A stretch of DNA of 46,839 nucleotides from Azolla caroliniana (lineage: Eukaryota > Plantae > Polypodiophyta): NCBI GenBank assembly GCA_043228905.1, contig JBHGNT010000235.1:1-46839 (forward strand). The letters run 5' to 3'. A program made the position numbers and the translations under genes. Under the pieces are notes generated by a model. The model worked only from the letters and a program-made list of their open reading frames with translations. It did no database searches and was not told where the DNA came from. Positions 1 to 12,398 of the stretch are shown in pieces. Every line of letters starts with the position of its first letter. The first letter of the stretch is position 1.

Positions 1-97
1 AAGAGGGGACAGATCATATAGTGGTATCAACGGACCTCATGGCGATGGATATGCAGAGATCAAGGGAGGAGGAGATGGAGAGATGAGGGAGAAGAAG

Positions 98-103
<6 letters not shown>

Positions 104-150
<47 letters not shown>

Positions 151-359
151 TTTTGGTTTTTGTGGCTATGGCGATGGTGAAGCTCAGAGTGGGTGTGGGT
201 GGGGGGGGGGGGGGGGGGCGTATGCGTGCAGTTGTTTTTTTTCCTGATTGAGAGAGAGAGAGAGAGAGAAACAGAGGATGGTGGGGTGGGGAAGGGAGAA
301 GAAGGAGAAGGAGAAGAAGAAGAAGAAGAAGATATGTGGGGTATTATTATTATTATTAT
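104..359. repeat. Microsatellite cluster: (GA)n, poly-G, (GAA)n, (TAT)n
   Basis: Direct reading: (GA)n at about 104-147 and 250-268, G-run at about 201-218, GAA repeats at about 298-332, TAT repeats at about 342-359. ORFs here are low-complexity artefacts. Confidence 0.95.
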
Positions 360-619
360 GAAAAGAGCTAAAAATCGATCCATTTGCTTAATGACGTGCC
401 TTAACCTTGATTAGTGGGGGTGACTAATCATCCAAGGTCATTAGCCACTAAACACCCTCCCCGCGTTCACACTTGGGCTTGGTCGCCCAAAGTCAAATCA
501 GTTAGGGTTTTTTTTTCCTGCCTTTTTCTTTTTTTTTGTTGGTGGTGTTGTTTCATTTGGCTTCCCCCCCTTCTTCTTTGTCCGGCCACATATGAACCCG
601 CCCAAAGTTAACTCCCCCC

Positions 620-989
620 TTATTGGCAGCGGCTCGGCTCGGCTTAGGCTTGAGCCTGCCGTAACGGTTTGAGCTCAGCTTGGCTTGGCTTGAGCCTCCC
701 AAACCGGCTAAGCCGTTTAAGTTATTTAATTGTAATAAAATTATGAAGTTCAATATAAATTGTAATAAAATTATGGTATGAAGTTGAATATTCATTGTAA
801 TAGTATTGTTGTTTTCTCCCAAACCAGTTCACAAACTGGTTTCCAAGCCGGTTCACAAACCGGTTTAGGGATCAGTTTGGTTCAGTTCGGTTCAGGTTTG
901 AAAACCCCCCAAACGGTTTAGGCTTAACCGGTTTGGCTTGGATAAGGCCAAACCGACTAAGCCTAAACCGAACCGTTGTTGACCCATAT
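620..989. mobile_element. Possible non-autonomous DNA transposon (hAT/MITE-like) with dense AACCG/CGGTT motifs
   Basis: Many AAACCG/CGGTTT/GGCTT motifs in both orientations flank an AT-rich core containing a duplicated AATTGTAATAAAATTATG. No clean TIR pair or TSD was found. Confidence 0.35.
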
Positions 990-1873
990 GTCTCAACTCG
1001 ATTTGGGTTCATTCGTTTGCTATTTCTCTTCGTTCCTTCTTCCTCAATATTTGTATTGTATGTCTCTCTATCTATGTGTAGTATGTACACGCGTCCCTCC
1101 AAGCCCCCTCTATTCTCCCCTTTTTTTTTGCCTCGTACTTAGATCTTCGTTCGTTCGTGAAACGCAACGGATGACAAAAGCTCGTGAGATTCTCAATTTT
1201 AGTTTGTAGATGCTCTCTGTTTCTTACATTGTGGGCATGAGAGTACGAGTTTCCTAGCACTCATCGAGTCCTCTAAACATCCTAGGGTTTCCGAATACAT
1301 AGAAGAGCGTATTCAAGGATTTTCTCCCTAGAATTTTGGAAGTCACCACAATGACATGAGTTGAGGGAGAACTCCTAATTGTTGGGCTTACATAGCTACG
1401 TTTTCCCTTCTTTGAGAGGTTCAAGACTTTTCCGCATTCTTGAAAGCCCTTGATAACTAGGTAATGGCTCCAAGACCTTTTTTATAAAAGATTCACCGTG
1501 GTATTAATGGAAAGATGCCCAAAGGCTACAAATAACTCATATAGGAAAATATAACCATCACAACCTCATCAACTAACATGTCGAGTAGCAAAAGCCTGCA
1601 CACATCTACTTGAACAACTACATTTACACCTCTAAGATTGGGGTCCTTCCAAGACGGGGGGTCGGAAAAAGAGCATATATCTCCAATTTATTCTCTCCCC
1701 AAAAGAGGTGAAGACCTCTGCCTTTTTCCACATTTCTCTAAAATGTTGTTGCTTACAAAACACAACATTAGGCTCACCAGTTATTGCCTCATATTGACCT
1801 CTTAGAGTATGCATCAACCATTTCTCCTTGACTAACTCAACTGCATTTTGTTTGACTTTTTGAAATACACATT

Positions 1874-2195
1874 TGTTAAGATATCAAGCTCAATCAAAGT
1901 TACTAATAGAATATAGTTGAGCTAGGATTCCTTGTTCTTATGCGAGTCGGCATATTCAACGCCTTGGATGTACTTGTGTCAGCCCACTGCCTTTATGAGA
2001 GTAATCTAGGGCTATCTATATATGTGCTCACAGAGCATGTTTGTAAAGTTAAATAGTCTTAGTGGAGAAATATATTTTTGTTTTTTGTGGTTTGTGTATT
2101 CTCTGTTGATTCTGTCTCGATCTCTGTCACACAACACTCCGTTCTCCACGGCACTTTAGACGATTCCACAACAAAAGTTAGTGAGGTTCTTTACA
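1874..2195 (+). repeat. 5' LTR of decayed copia element A
   Basis: Starts TGTTAAGATATCAAGCTCAA, similar to the TGTTGAGAATCAAGCTCAA start at 31268. Ends TTTACA immediately before a PBS. Confidence 0.7.
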
Positions 2196-2207
2196 TGGTA
2201 TCATAGC
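2196..2207 (+). promoter_or_regulatory. tRNA-Met(i) primer binding site
   Basis: TGGTATCATAGC, one mismatch to the canonical TGGTATCAGAGC. Confidence 0.85.
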
Positions 2208-2311
2208 AAGGGTTCAATCTAATCCTCTACAACCGACATATGTTGTGACAAAAAGTAGTGATGCCGCCAACAAACCGGCTAGAGATTGAAGTAGTAGCTT
2301 ATTGATGACAA

Positions 2312-4617
2312 GATGGATAAGCACATGGGCAATGCCCTTGCAACAAAGAACTTAGAGTGGCATAACTACGCATCTTGGGAGTACAAGTTGCACTAGGATC
2401 TGCTAGGGCATGGATACTCGAGTTACATTGACGGCACCGGCACCAATGAAAAAACGTTGGAACTGATGCACAAGGACTTCATGGCGTGGGAGCAAGCAAC
2501 AAGCGGGATGTTAAACTATCTAGTGTTTTGTGTATAGGAACAGATTCTCGGCTATATCAGGGATGCCAAAACACGGAAGGAGGCATGGGAGAATTTGAAG
2601 AAGTTTTTCACCGCAAGCACCACGGTCAAGAAGTTGCAGCTCATGCAGGAGCTCAACAACATCCGATAGAGGGAGAGGCCGATGTCAAACTACACATCCA
2701 AGATCAAGGGAATCGGTGACGCATTAGGCTCCATCAATGTGATGGTGGAGGAAGACGAATTGGTGCAGATTTGCTTCGAAAGTCTAGCACAGTGTTATGG
2801 GCCGCTCAGAACGGTCATCTGCACATGGGAGAAGTTGCCCTCCTTCTTCGACCTACAATCCATGCTACTGGTCGAAGAAAACCATGCACAAGTGACGAGG
2901 AGTGCTCCTCTTGACAACCAAATGTTGTATATGGAGGCAGGTTGACCCCGTGGTGGTGGATGGAGAGACGGGTCGGCCTGCAGAAATGGCGGTTGGAACC
3001 TACATAAGAGTGTAAATGTACAAGAGAGGCATCATAATGGTCAAGGACCCTCCATGAGAAGGGGGAGTCACATTGGAGTCGCAATCCATCAGAATAGGTT
3101 GACTGATTGTTGGTATTGTGGAAAGAAGGGCCACCAGGAGGAAGACTGCTGGAAGAAGCAGGCCAATTCAGAAGGTCGACAGAAATCAAACTTTGCCTGC
3201 ATCTCGGGACATGTGGGAGGTGATCCCTCTTTTGTAATGAAGCACCATGCAAACTCCACGGGGGCAAACATCTCCAAGTAGGAAGAGGTGTGGTATGTCA
3301 ACTCGGGCACATCTAACCACATGATGAACCATGAAGAATGGTTCACAGATTTACGAGAGCTTTAGCAACCGGGATACGTGGAAACCGACGACGACAAAAT
3401 GCACACCATCGAGCACATAGGCAATGGACCCCTAAGCCATGGCTAGAGGGACTACATGAAAAACATCTTGCATGTGTCGATGATCACCAAGAATTTGGTA
3501 TCGGTCGGACATCTCGTAGATAAAGGAATGTAGGTATGGTTCAACTGCGATGGTTGCTTCATCAAAGATGGCAGCGAGCTTATTGCACGTGAACACAGAG
3601 AAGAGAGGATGTTTATCCTCGACACCAACAATGTGAGCACTGCCATGTATGCCAAAGGACAAAAGGTCGAGATGGATATCGACCTGTGGCATAAGAGATT
3701 CGGCCACATCAACTTTCCATGACTATAGGACATGGAGTCAAAACAACTTGTTCTTGGGTGGGCAAAATTTAGTGCGCGCAAGGACCAAGTCTGTGTAGCT
3801 TGTCAACTAGGAAAACAACATTGACTTCCCTTCCCAAATAAGCGCAAGCAGAGCTAAAACAACCTAGACATAATCTATATGGATGTGTGGGGACCTACAC
3901 AGAATACAAGCCTAGGCGGCAACAAGTACTTTGTCTCCTTCATCGACAATTTCTTGAGACACACTTGGATCTTCTTGATCGAGAAAAAGAGCGAAGTGTT
4001 CTTGTGTTTCTTGCAGTTGACGAGCCTAATAGAATGGGACACGAATAGTAAGATTAAGTGTTTGCAATTTGATGGTGGGAAGGAGTACTTCTCCGGTGAG
4101 TTCACCGGATACTTGGAAAGGGAAGGAATCCATTGAGAGTTCTTGTGCAGTACATTCCACAGCAAAACGGTGTTGCGGAGAGGAAGAACAGAACAATTGT
4201 GGAAGTTGCACGCGCGATGCTTGAGGAAAAGCACATGCCCAAATTTCTGGGCCGAAATTGTCCACACAATGTTTTACTTGTTGAACCGAGTCCGACAAAG
4301 GGAGTGCACATAACTCTACATGAGGCCTATTTCGGGCCCAAGCCGAATATGGCCCATTTGCAGGTCTTCGGGAGTATTGCATATATTCATATACCGGACG
4401 AGAAAAGGAAGAAGCTAGACCCAAAGTCGGAGAAGTGCATATTGGTCGGGTACTCAACAGAGCAAAAGGAGTATAAGTGTTTTAGCCCTCGAACCTTAGA
4501 GATGCAAGTGAGCCGCGACATCGTTTGATGAGTCTGCATCGTGGTACTCACCATCGACTCTTGAGACTCCCATGGGCTCCGAGCCAAACATCGAAGACGA
4601 GGAAAGTGTGGCTAGGT
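2312..4617 (+). pseudogene. gag-pol: Copia gag-protease-integrase, fragmented by stops and frameshifts
   Basis: ORF pieces show the gag zinc knuckle CWYCGKKGHQEEDC, the protease motif WYVNSGTSNHM, and integrase motifs DVWGP, DGGKEY, QQNGVAERKNR and KLDPKSEKCILVGYS. Confidence 0.9.
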
Positions 4618-5330
4618 TGAAAGAGATTGAAAAGAATACGAAGCGGAAGCTTGTACACAACAGACACAACTGGCTGAATTAGACAACAGTAGATAGTTAG
4701 GTATACACAAAGAATGAAGTACATTGACAAAGGGAGAGACTGAGTTAGCAAAAAACAAAACTTCTATTAAAAAATAATAGTGCTCAATACATACAATGTG
4801 CTCATAGAGCACTTTTTATATAAGCCCTTGATAGTGGGCTGGCACAAGTACCGACAAAGTACTTAATGCTCACTTATGAGCTATGACACTAAACAACCTA
4901 TATATTCATATTACTAAAATAGGAATGTAGGTCCTAACAACACTTATGACCTTGTTGGCTTTTGGGCTTCTAGCCAATTCAACTTATGGCTCTATAACCG
5001 ATCCTCATCAACCGATTCGGCTATCGCCTTCTTCAACCGACTTGGCCTTTCATCCTTTAGCTGATTCGGCTTGTGTTGATCTCTTGTCACTAAACACCCT
5101 GGTTTATCTGGTTCCGGTTTCGGCTCCAGTTTGTTGTTGTCATCCTCTAGCGCTAATCTCCCTCCACCTGTTCTCTTATCAATTCTCCTCCTCAAGTGCG
5201 GCATGTCGAGATGTTGGAAGCCTAGCATCTTGGAGAACTGCCATAACTTGTCTAGTCCTAGTGCCTTTGTGAAGATGTCAACTACTTGCCAATTAGTCTA
5301 AACATATCGGAGTTCAAATTCACCACTAAG
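4618..5330 (-). mobile_element. Truncated antisense copia 3' end (RNase H C-terminus plus 3' LTR 5096-4618) nested in element A
   Basis: The minus strand reads ...DIFTKALGLDKLWQFSKMLGFQHLDMPHLRRR, homologous to the 6784-7248 ORF. An LTR follows, from TGTTTAGTGACAAG (5096) to CTTTCA (4618), related to the LTR at 7595-8065. No TSD. Confidence 0.8.
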
Positions 5331-7248
5331 TTGGATGGGAGCGTGGGAGACATGGTTCTTTGCTATGGAGGAAGAGATGCGGGCACTTGATGCCAATGAA
5401 ACATGGGACCTAGTTGACCCTCCTTAACATTGCAAACCAATCGATTGCAAGTGGGTGTACAAGGTCAAGTATGATGCTGACGGTTCGGTCAACCGGTGTA
5501 AGGCCCAGTTAGTGGCCAAAGGATACACGTAGACCCACGAAATCGATTATGACGAGACCTTCACTCCGTTAGCGAAGATGACGACGGTTCATGTGGTGTT
5601 AGCGGTTGCCGCCAAAAAAGGCTTGCTTTTTTTCGGAAAGAGGTCTCCCCAGTAATGTAATAACCGTTCGGAATTCCCGATCCGCCAATCTTGGGTGAAA
5701 TAGATATCGCGGGAGAGGGTCTTCCCAGTCGAGTGAAATCGGAAGGAAAAGCTTCGGCTATCCGATGGTCATCGATCTCTGGAATTATGAGTACAGTTGA
5801 TAATATCATCTGTTAGGAAGTAAGTAGGGGCAAGGGGGTGGCATCTTCACCAAATGGACATGAAGAATGTGTTTCTTCAAGGTGATCTTGAAGAACAAGT
5901 CTACATGATCCAACCCCCCCCGATTTCAATCGGAGATGAACAAGTCGGCAGTGTGCCGACTCAAAAAGTCGCTTTATGGCTTGAAACAAGCCCCTCGAAG
6001 ATTACACATTGGTTGCGTAAGATGGGGTTTACGGCCTCCAATTCAGACTCTTCTCTATTCATCCGGAAAGGTCTGGATGGTCCGATATGTATCTTGTTAT
6101 ATGTAGATGATCTAGTCATCACCGAACCCGACCTCACTGAAATCGACCAAGTGAAGTTCCAGTTGTCGAACGCTTTCGAAATGAAGGACCTGGGGGACCT
6201 TCGTTATTTTCTTGGGATTGAAGTGATCCATACCCCCAATGACATATTGTTATCTTAGCGACATTATGTGCTTTGCCCCGACTCCGGACTGCCCTGCGAT
6301 GAGAAACAGTTCTAACAAATTGTCAGAAGCCTTATTTATTTGACGATCACCCAACCCGACATTAGCTATCTGGTCGGAGCGATAAGTCAATTAATGCAGA
6401 AGCTGACTATGGAGCACCTTCAGTGCGTGCACCGAATACTGAGGTATGTTAGCGGCACTAAGGACCAGGGACTGTTATACCGACATGGTATAACTGAGAA
6501 GCTAGTCGTATATACTGATGCCGACTGGGTCGGAGATGCGTCGGATCAACGGTCTACTTCTAGATTCATGTTCTCTCTAGGTAGTGCGACTGTTGTGTGG
6601 AGTAGCAAAAAGCAGCCAATTGTGGCTCTATCGAGCATTGAGGCTGAATATTGTGGAACTATCGTAGCCACATGTGAAGCCATCTGACTTCGACAATTGT
6701 TGCAAGACCTTCGGATCGAAGTCCCGACTCCGATCTCAATCTACTGCGACAACATGAACAACATGTAGGTCGCCAAGAACCGTGTGTTCCATGCTCGGAC
6801 GAAGCACATAGAAGTGCATTATCACTTTGTGCGTGAGCGGGTCCTCAATGGTGAAGTAGAACTCCGGTATGTCCGGACGGATCGACAGGTTGCCAACATC
6901 TTCACCAAACCTCTCGACCTGGACAAGTTGCAACATTTTTCGAAGATGCTTGGTCTTCCGCATCTCGACATGCCGCACTTGAGGGGGAGAACCGGAACGG
7001 AAATTGGGAAAACAAGTGATGGCACCGGACGAAGAGCCGGAGAGATAGGGGGAGACAAGAAGAAGAAAAAGGAAGCCGAGTCTCCTGAAGAAGTCAGCGC
7101 ATCTGATGAAGTCGAAAAAAGCGGTGACAGCGGCAGAGTCAAGAAGGACAGAGCCGACCAAAAGGCCAAGACTCGGACGTGGTCTGATGTGGTAAAGGGC
7201 CTGAAGATTGAAGACGAATTGGAGTCAGTTAATTCGGACAAGAGCTAG
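5331..7248 (+). pseudogene. pol: Copia reverse transcriptase and RNase H, decayed, with a charged C-terminal extension
   Basis: Motifs AMEEEM..L..NETWDLV, HQMDMKNVFLQG, LYVDDL, YTDADW, WSSKKQ and HARTKHIEVHYHFVRE. Confidence 0.9.
5620..5830. other. About 210 bp foreign insertion splitting the RT motif AA-K-GWHLHQMD
   Basis: RT reading stops at GCCGCCAA (about 5616) and resumes at GGGTGGCATCTTCACCAAATGGAC (about 5836). The intervening sequence has no copia similarity. Confidence 0.7.
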
Positions 7249-7594
7249 AACGAATCGGAGGCACTTGATTCGGAAGAGGTGGTTGATTCGGATGAGCTGG
7301 ATCAATTAAATACCAAACGGACGAGAAGGCAGCTGAAGTCGACATTGACACAGAGGAACTGACGAGTTGAGAAGCACTGAAGTCGCAATAGCAAAGGAGC
7401 TGAGATGGGCCCTATGAGCAGACAAGCCGATCGAGAAGGTCGAGGTGCGCGGACCGAATGGGTCGTGGAAAGCGGAACCGGACGATCGAGGAGTGCGAGC
7501 AAGGTGGGAAGATGCTAGGGGGAGCCGGAGGAGAGGACCGGCTACCACAAACACTGATGCCACGATCCGACCTCAAGTTGAGCTTGAGGGGGAG

Positions 7595-8065
7595 TGTTGA
7601 GCGGACAAGGTCAACCAGATCCAAATCGACTGAATAAGCCAGAGCCGGATCGGTATCCGGAATGAAGAACCAGATCGGTGTTCGGATGGTATCCGAAACT
7701 AAGAGCTGGATCGGAGAGCCGGATCGGATTGTAACCGGTTGGTGTGTCCGTGACAACAGGTAGGCCGTTAGAGGCCTACGAATCTAGCCTAATACGTAGG
7801 CGTATTTTTGGGAGTTAGTCTCAGTCGCTCGTATGAGCATTGAAGTACTTGTTAATACTTCTGTCAGTCCTTTCGTGGACTTGTATAAAAGTGCTCAATT
7901 AGCACATTGTATGTACAAAGCGTTATTATTTTGAATTGAGTTTATGCTTTCTGCTCTCTCTGTCTCTCTTGTGTATCCTAAGATTCCATTGAAACTTCTT
8001 TCTCTGTTTTCTATTGTTGACTGGATAAACTGGTTTGTCAAAGCTTCCACATATTAACTTTAACA
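7595..8065 (+). repeat. Copia 3' LTR preceded by a PPT (7586-7594)
   Basis: GAGGGGGAG is followed by TGTTGAG...TTAACA, with TATAAAA near 7884. It does not match the 5' LTR at 1874, so 1874-8065 is chimeric. Confidence 0.75.
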
Positions 8066-8099
8066 ATTTTCCGTTGGGGATCCAACAACCCCTCCATTT

Positions 8100-8900
8100 T
8101 GAGCTCATGTTGAGCAACCTGCTCTAGATAATGCCTCACTAAGCACATTTTCATGTACAAGTTATTTATAACATGTTACATAATAGCAAAACAATAGCTA
8201 CATGAATCTTATTTCTTATTGTTGTCACTGCCAAAGTGACTTTGCTCTCCATTGCAGCAACCAATGTTGCTTTCTCTAAATCTGTCTTTGTTGCCTCCAA
8301 TGTCTCACATGCTTCATGGACATTTTTAAGCATATAGCTAATCAATATCTCACCTGTATCATTGACATTGACTTTCATTATGTTTCGGTGTGGTGTAAAC
8401 TTACGAGTTTGTTGGGAGTCAACAGTTGTATCATCAATTGCCATGCTCCAAAATCTTGCCATGTTTTGTTGCATGCCCCCCCATCTTTTGGCATCGTTCT
8501 ACGATTCCTCACCATAAATAGCCCAAGCTACCCTGTACATTTCAGGGTCCGTTGCATCCTTCACTGTTTTGCAATACTTGTATGCAAAAGCTCTAGTGAA
8601 TGCAACAGACAACTCGTTGTTGATCGGGATCTCTTGATGTACTTTTTGGTGGAGCCTCATGCGATCATCATACAACTCCGGTAGTACATGCTTGAGCTTC
8701 ACCTTGCCTTTCATTCTGGGCACTTTATAGATTGACAACCAATCTACATCACTAATCAATTTATCTGTTAGAATAGTAGGGTCAATACCCTTTAGCGACA
8801 TACCATATATGTTGTTAAAGTCCTCCTTTGTCTCGCAAAACTTTGCAAAGTTCAACACTCTAGGATATGGAGGAAGGAGCCACTTGAAATAAAAAATCAA
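8100..8900 (-). pseudogene. Decayed ORF of unknown, probably transposon-associated, protein
   Basis: Consecutive minus-strand ORF pieces 8499-8900 and 8166-8474 have protein-like composition (...PINNELSVAFTRAFAY...VAWAIYGEE, then a coiled-coil-like segment). Family not recognised. Confidence 0.4.
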
Positions 8901-8942
8901 TACATTTTACCTTTGCTCTACTGGGACATGTATTTTTAGAAC

Positions 8943-9470
8943 CATAATTGGTAGGGAAGAATAAAAAATAAAAAATCAGCCACATTTATTAAAATTCTAA
9001 ATCAAGTTTGGGGGAAGTTTGTAGACACAACCATTGAAATCAGAAATGTGAATTGGTGCAAAATTCCAACACTAAATCTGAAATTTTCAATAGTAATAAA
9101 AAAAATCAACCGCTTAAAAAATTAGAAACCCTAATTAGAAACCAACCACTTAAGGAAATCGAAAACCCTAATTTGAAATATGTATGAAATCAACCCTAAT
9201 CATAATTGGTAGGGAAGAATAAAAAATACAAAATCAGCCACATTCACTGAAATCCCAAATCAAGTTCGAGGGAAGTTTGTAGACACACAACCATTGAAAT
9301 CAGAAATTTGAATTGGTGCAAAATTCCAACACTAAATCTGAAATTTCGGTAGTAATTAGAAATCAACCGCTTAAAAAATTAGAAACCTTAATAAGAAACC
9401 CTAATCAGAAATCAATCGCTTAAGGAAATCAGAAACCCTAATTTGAAAAATGTATAAAATCAACCCTAAT
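8943..9470. repeat. Tandem duplication, two units of about 260 bp with AAACCCTAA motifs
   Basis: CATAATTGGTAGGGAAGAATAAAAAAT begins units at 8943 and 9201. Both units end AAATCAACCCTAAT. Confidence 0.9.
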
Positions 9471-9964
9471 AAGAACTTTTGCCAATCAGAAACACACTTG
9501 CTGTTACACCTCGATCTTCGAGACATTCTTGTTTGGAACTCCAACGATTTCACCCTCATCGTTTTTTATAAAAGATGAACATGCAACAAAGTTACAATTA
9601 TCAAAAAGGAAAAAAAAAAGATTTTTTAATGTGTAATTGATACATACTTGGACAAGGATCGAACTGGTGGCGGGAGCTTCGTCTGCGTTTGTGCTCAGAG
9701 TACTCCATCTGTTTGGATTTCGAACTCAAACTCACGTTAAACAGGAATTTGGTGATATTCAAGTCGAGTTAAAATGGGGGTGATGTTCCCAAGTTCCACT
9801 ATGTCAGAAACCAAAATTCAAAATTTTGAGTATTTCCATAAATAAAATGACATGTATTTAACTAATAAAGCATAAAATTTCGTAAATGATCCTTATGATT
9901 TGCCCACAAAAAACTAGTTAAACAAATAGCTAAATAACTATGGCCATTTTAACAGCTAATTAGG

Positions 9965-10819
9965 TATAATAGTGTTTCCACTCGCATGCTTTTACCTTGT
10001 CTCAAAATGATTTGGGTGTGTATATGTTTTCTTTTTCTTCATTTGTGTGAGTGGTGATGAGGTTTTGTACACGCACATTTCCAAAATTCTATTCGTACCC
10101 CTCCGTTTTTGAAATTCTATTCCAAGAAAGAAGCCTCTATCACTTCTTGCCCTGTGTCTCTGACTCTGTCTCTCTTTCCTCCTTTATCTGCGTCGATTCC
10201 CGTCTTCTCTTCTTGGTTGCCTCTCTTTCTTCTTTCCTTGTTTTCCTTTCTTGACTATGTTTTTCTTCCTGTGTGCTTTCCTTCTTCTCTTGTTGTCTGT
10301 TTCTGTTCTTCTTCTTCGTTTTTCGTGTTATGCTGATCTTAGGTAGATAGGAAAAACTGTTCCAACGTGACTAAGCTTCTATCGTGCATCTTCGGTCTCC
10401 TGTCATCATGCTATGGCAAGAGATTGTTGCGCGCAACCCCCTCCCTGTACAGGGAACCGAACCGAAACCCTAAAGCATCGTCAAGGACAGGAAGGAACTC
10501 TGTATGTTCTGTTTTGTTCCCGGTCTATTCTCCCATGGTCTATTCTGGTCTGGTCTATCCGCTGGCTAAGTCGGCCGTCGTCACCCGACCGACGCTCGGA
10601 TGACTGTCAGTCGGCTCTGCGTCTCGGTCGGCTCTCGGTCGTCACTGTTCCGTCCAGTCGTTGGTTCGGCCATCGATTGTCTCTGCTCGCCGGCCGTCTG
10701 AACGACACACTGTCTCTGTCTGTTCGGCCGGTTGCCAGACCAGACCGTCTCCGTCTGTCCGGCTGGCTCGACCGCTTGCTCGGATGGATGTCCCTCGGCC
10801 GTCGTCACTCACCGCCACA
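9965..10819 (-). mobile_element. Probable solo LTR (about 855 bp)
   Basis: The minus strand starts TGTGGCGG and ends TATTATA (CA decayed to TA). Flanks TTAGG (9960-9964) and CTAGG (10820-10824) form a 5-bp TSD with one C/T transition. One end is GC-rich with GTCGG repeats. Confidence 0.55.
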
Positions 10820-10996
10820 CTAGGGAATACATATAAACCAATGTGCTTCCAACAAAACGGTCAATTTCAAGCAAACCCTTTTTTATGCTAACAAATGCAT
10901 TTTAAATCCTTTTTCTGGATCTTTAAGCTTTGCACAAGCCTATAGTAAGTAAGGCCACAAGAGTGACACTACTACTACCCATACAAACAGGAACAT

Positions 10997-11367
10997 TCAT
11001 CTCCATTTCATCACATAGGACACAAGAGCCTTCTGAAATATATATTTTTTCTCATATCTAGTGATAAGGGATCTCCATGCCATCTCATCACGATGATCCA
11101 AACCATCAAAAACTGATTGTGCTTCCATTAGCTGCCCAATCTTGGAGAGCATCAAGACAAGATGACTCCCCGAGGATGCATCGGTTTCCAACCCTTTCTT
11201 TGTCATATAAGCATGTAAATGCAAGACATGTACAAGGTTTCTTTCTTTACAGAATATCTTCAAGATGAATGCAAAATGATCAATAGGTGTTGGAGAGAGC
11301 TTCCCATCGTGCAAGAAAAGAAGCATATCTTTAGAGCTAAGCATCTTCCAAGGTACACACTCTCCAT
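10997..11367 (-). pseudogene. Truncated PLS-class pentatricopeptide repeat (PPR) gene fragment
   Basis: HLHAYMTKKGLETDASSGSHLVLMLSKIGQLMEAQSVFDGLDHRDEMAWRSLITRY matches the L-S-P motif pattern of PLS PPR proteins. It stops after about 2 motifs, and the upstream ATG at about 11367 is out of frame. Confidence 0.8.
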
Positions 11368-12398
11368 CGCAAGCTGACTCTCACACAGAGAGTCCACGCA
11401 CAAAACCACTCTCTAACACAGAGAGGGAGAGAGAGAGATTAGCGGTGGAGGGGAAGAGTGAGGGAGGGAGAGAGTATCTTGCAGAGATAGACACATAAAG
11501 ATTGATAGAGAGACTTCCTCTCAATGGGAGGGTTGGGTGGGGGAAACTGAAGAAACTCCTCTCATGGCACACCCACCATTTCTTTGGTTGCACCAACACA
11601 TAAACATAGAGGAGCATCGAGGGAGAGAGAGAGACTTCTTCTCAAGGGAAGGTTGGCCTTAGGGCGTGCCCTCGCAGACCATCAGCAAGCCCTCTAGGAT
11701 GCAAAAGCGTGATACGAACAACTACAGAAGGAGCACGATACCTTGGTGGCCGATTTCAGCCGACATCACTGACAAATGCTTGACCTCCAAATTCGCGATC
11801 GGTTGCAATGCGACGAAATCACAACGTATCGACACGAACTCACCTCCTTTCGACACGACATTGAGGAAGTTGAGCATTGGTTAACGCCACAGTAATGAGG
11901 GCTCAAATGGAAGAAATGTATGCCCAACACACCGATTTTGCCATGGACTTGCAAGAATTTCGAGTACAAAGCGAGATGAACAAAGAACAAATTAAAGCTT
12001 TAATCCTCAAGCGTTAGCAATGCTTGTACTCGTGGATTAACGATGCTCTATTATTACAGGCATGCCCATATAATATCACGTGGTGAGAATTTACCGTATT
12101 ATTCTATACACGTGGATAAATGTGAGTGTTAAACGAGAGTGTAAAGAAGGGGAGGATTACTTTTAATCCTCAGGATTGAGACAACCCATTAGACCAAGTG
12201 TGAACTAGCATGGGGGCCTTAGGTCTGACTATAAATATGAGGCTTGACTACCCTCATTTTATCATCTGTTGACTATATTGAGACTGTTCTTGTGGTGGGT
12301 CAACTCTTGTAGCGAGCACGCCAGCACTAGGTACGACTCAATGCCACGATGGTGGTATGGGACGCCAATCGAGGCTCGAGTTTGTCTCGATCCCTTCG

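Noticed and set aside
60-611. ORFs in the first 600 bp
   Set aside because: Translations of microsatellites and homopolymer runs.
9970-9974. CACTA terminus (TAGTG)
   Set aside because: No partner TIR or 3-bp TSD was found. Better explained as part of a solo LTR end with a YTAGG TSD.
10800-10824. Helitron 3' end (CTAG)
   Set aside because: No convincing subterminal hairpin, CTAG is not followed by T, and CTAGG fits the solo-LTR TSD.
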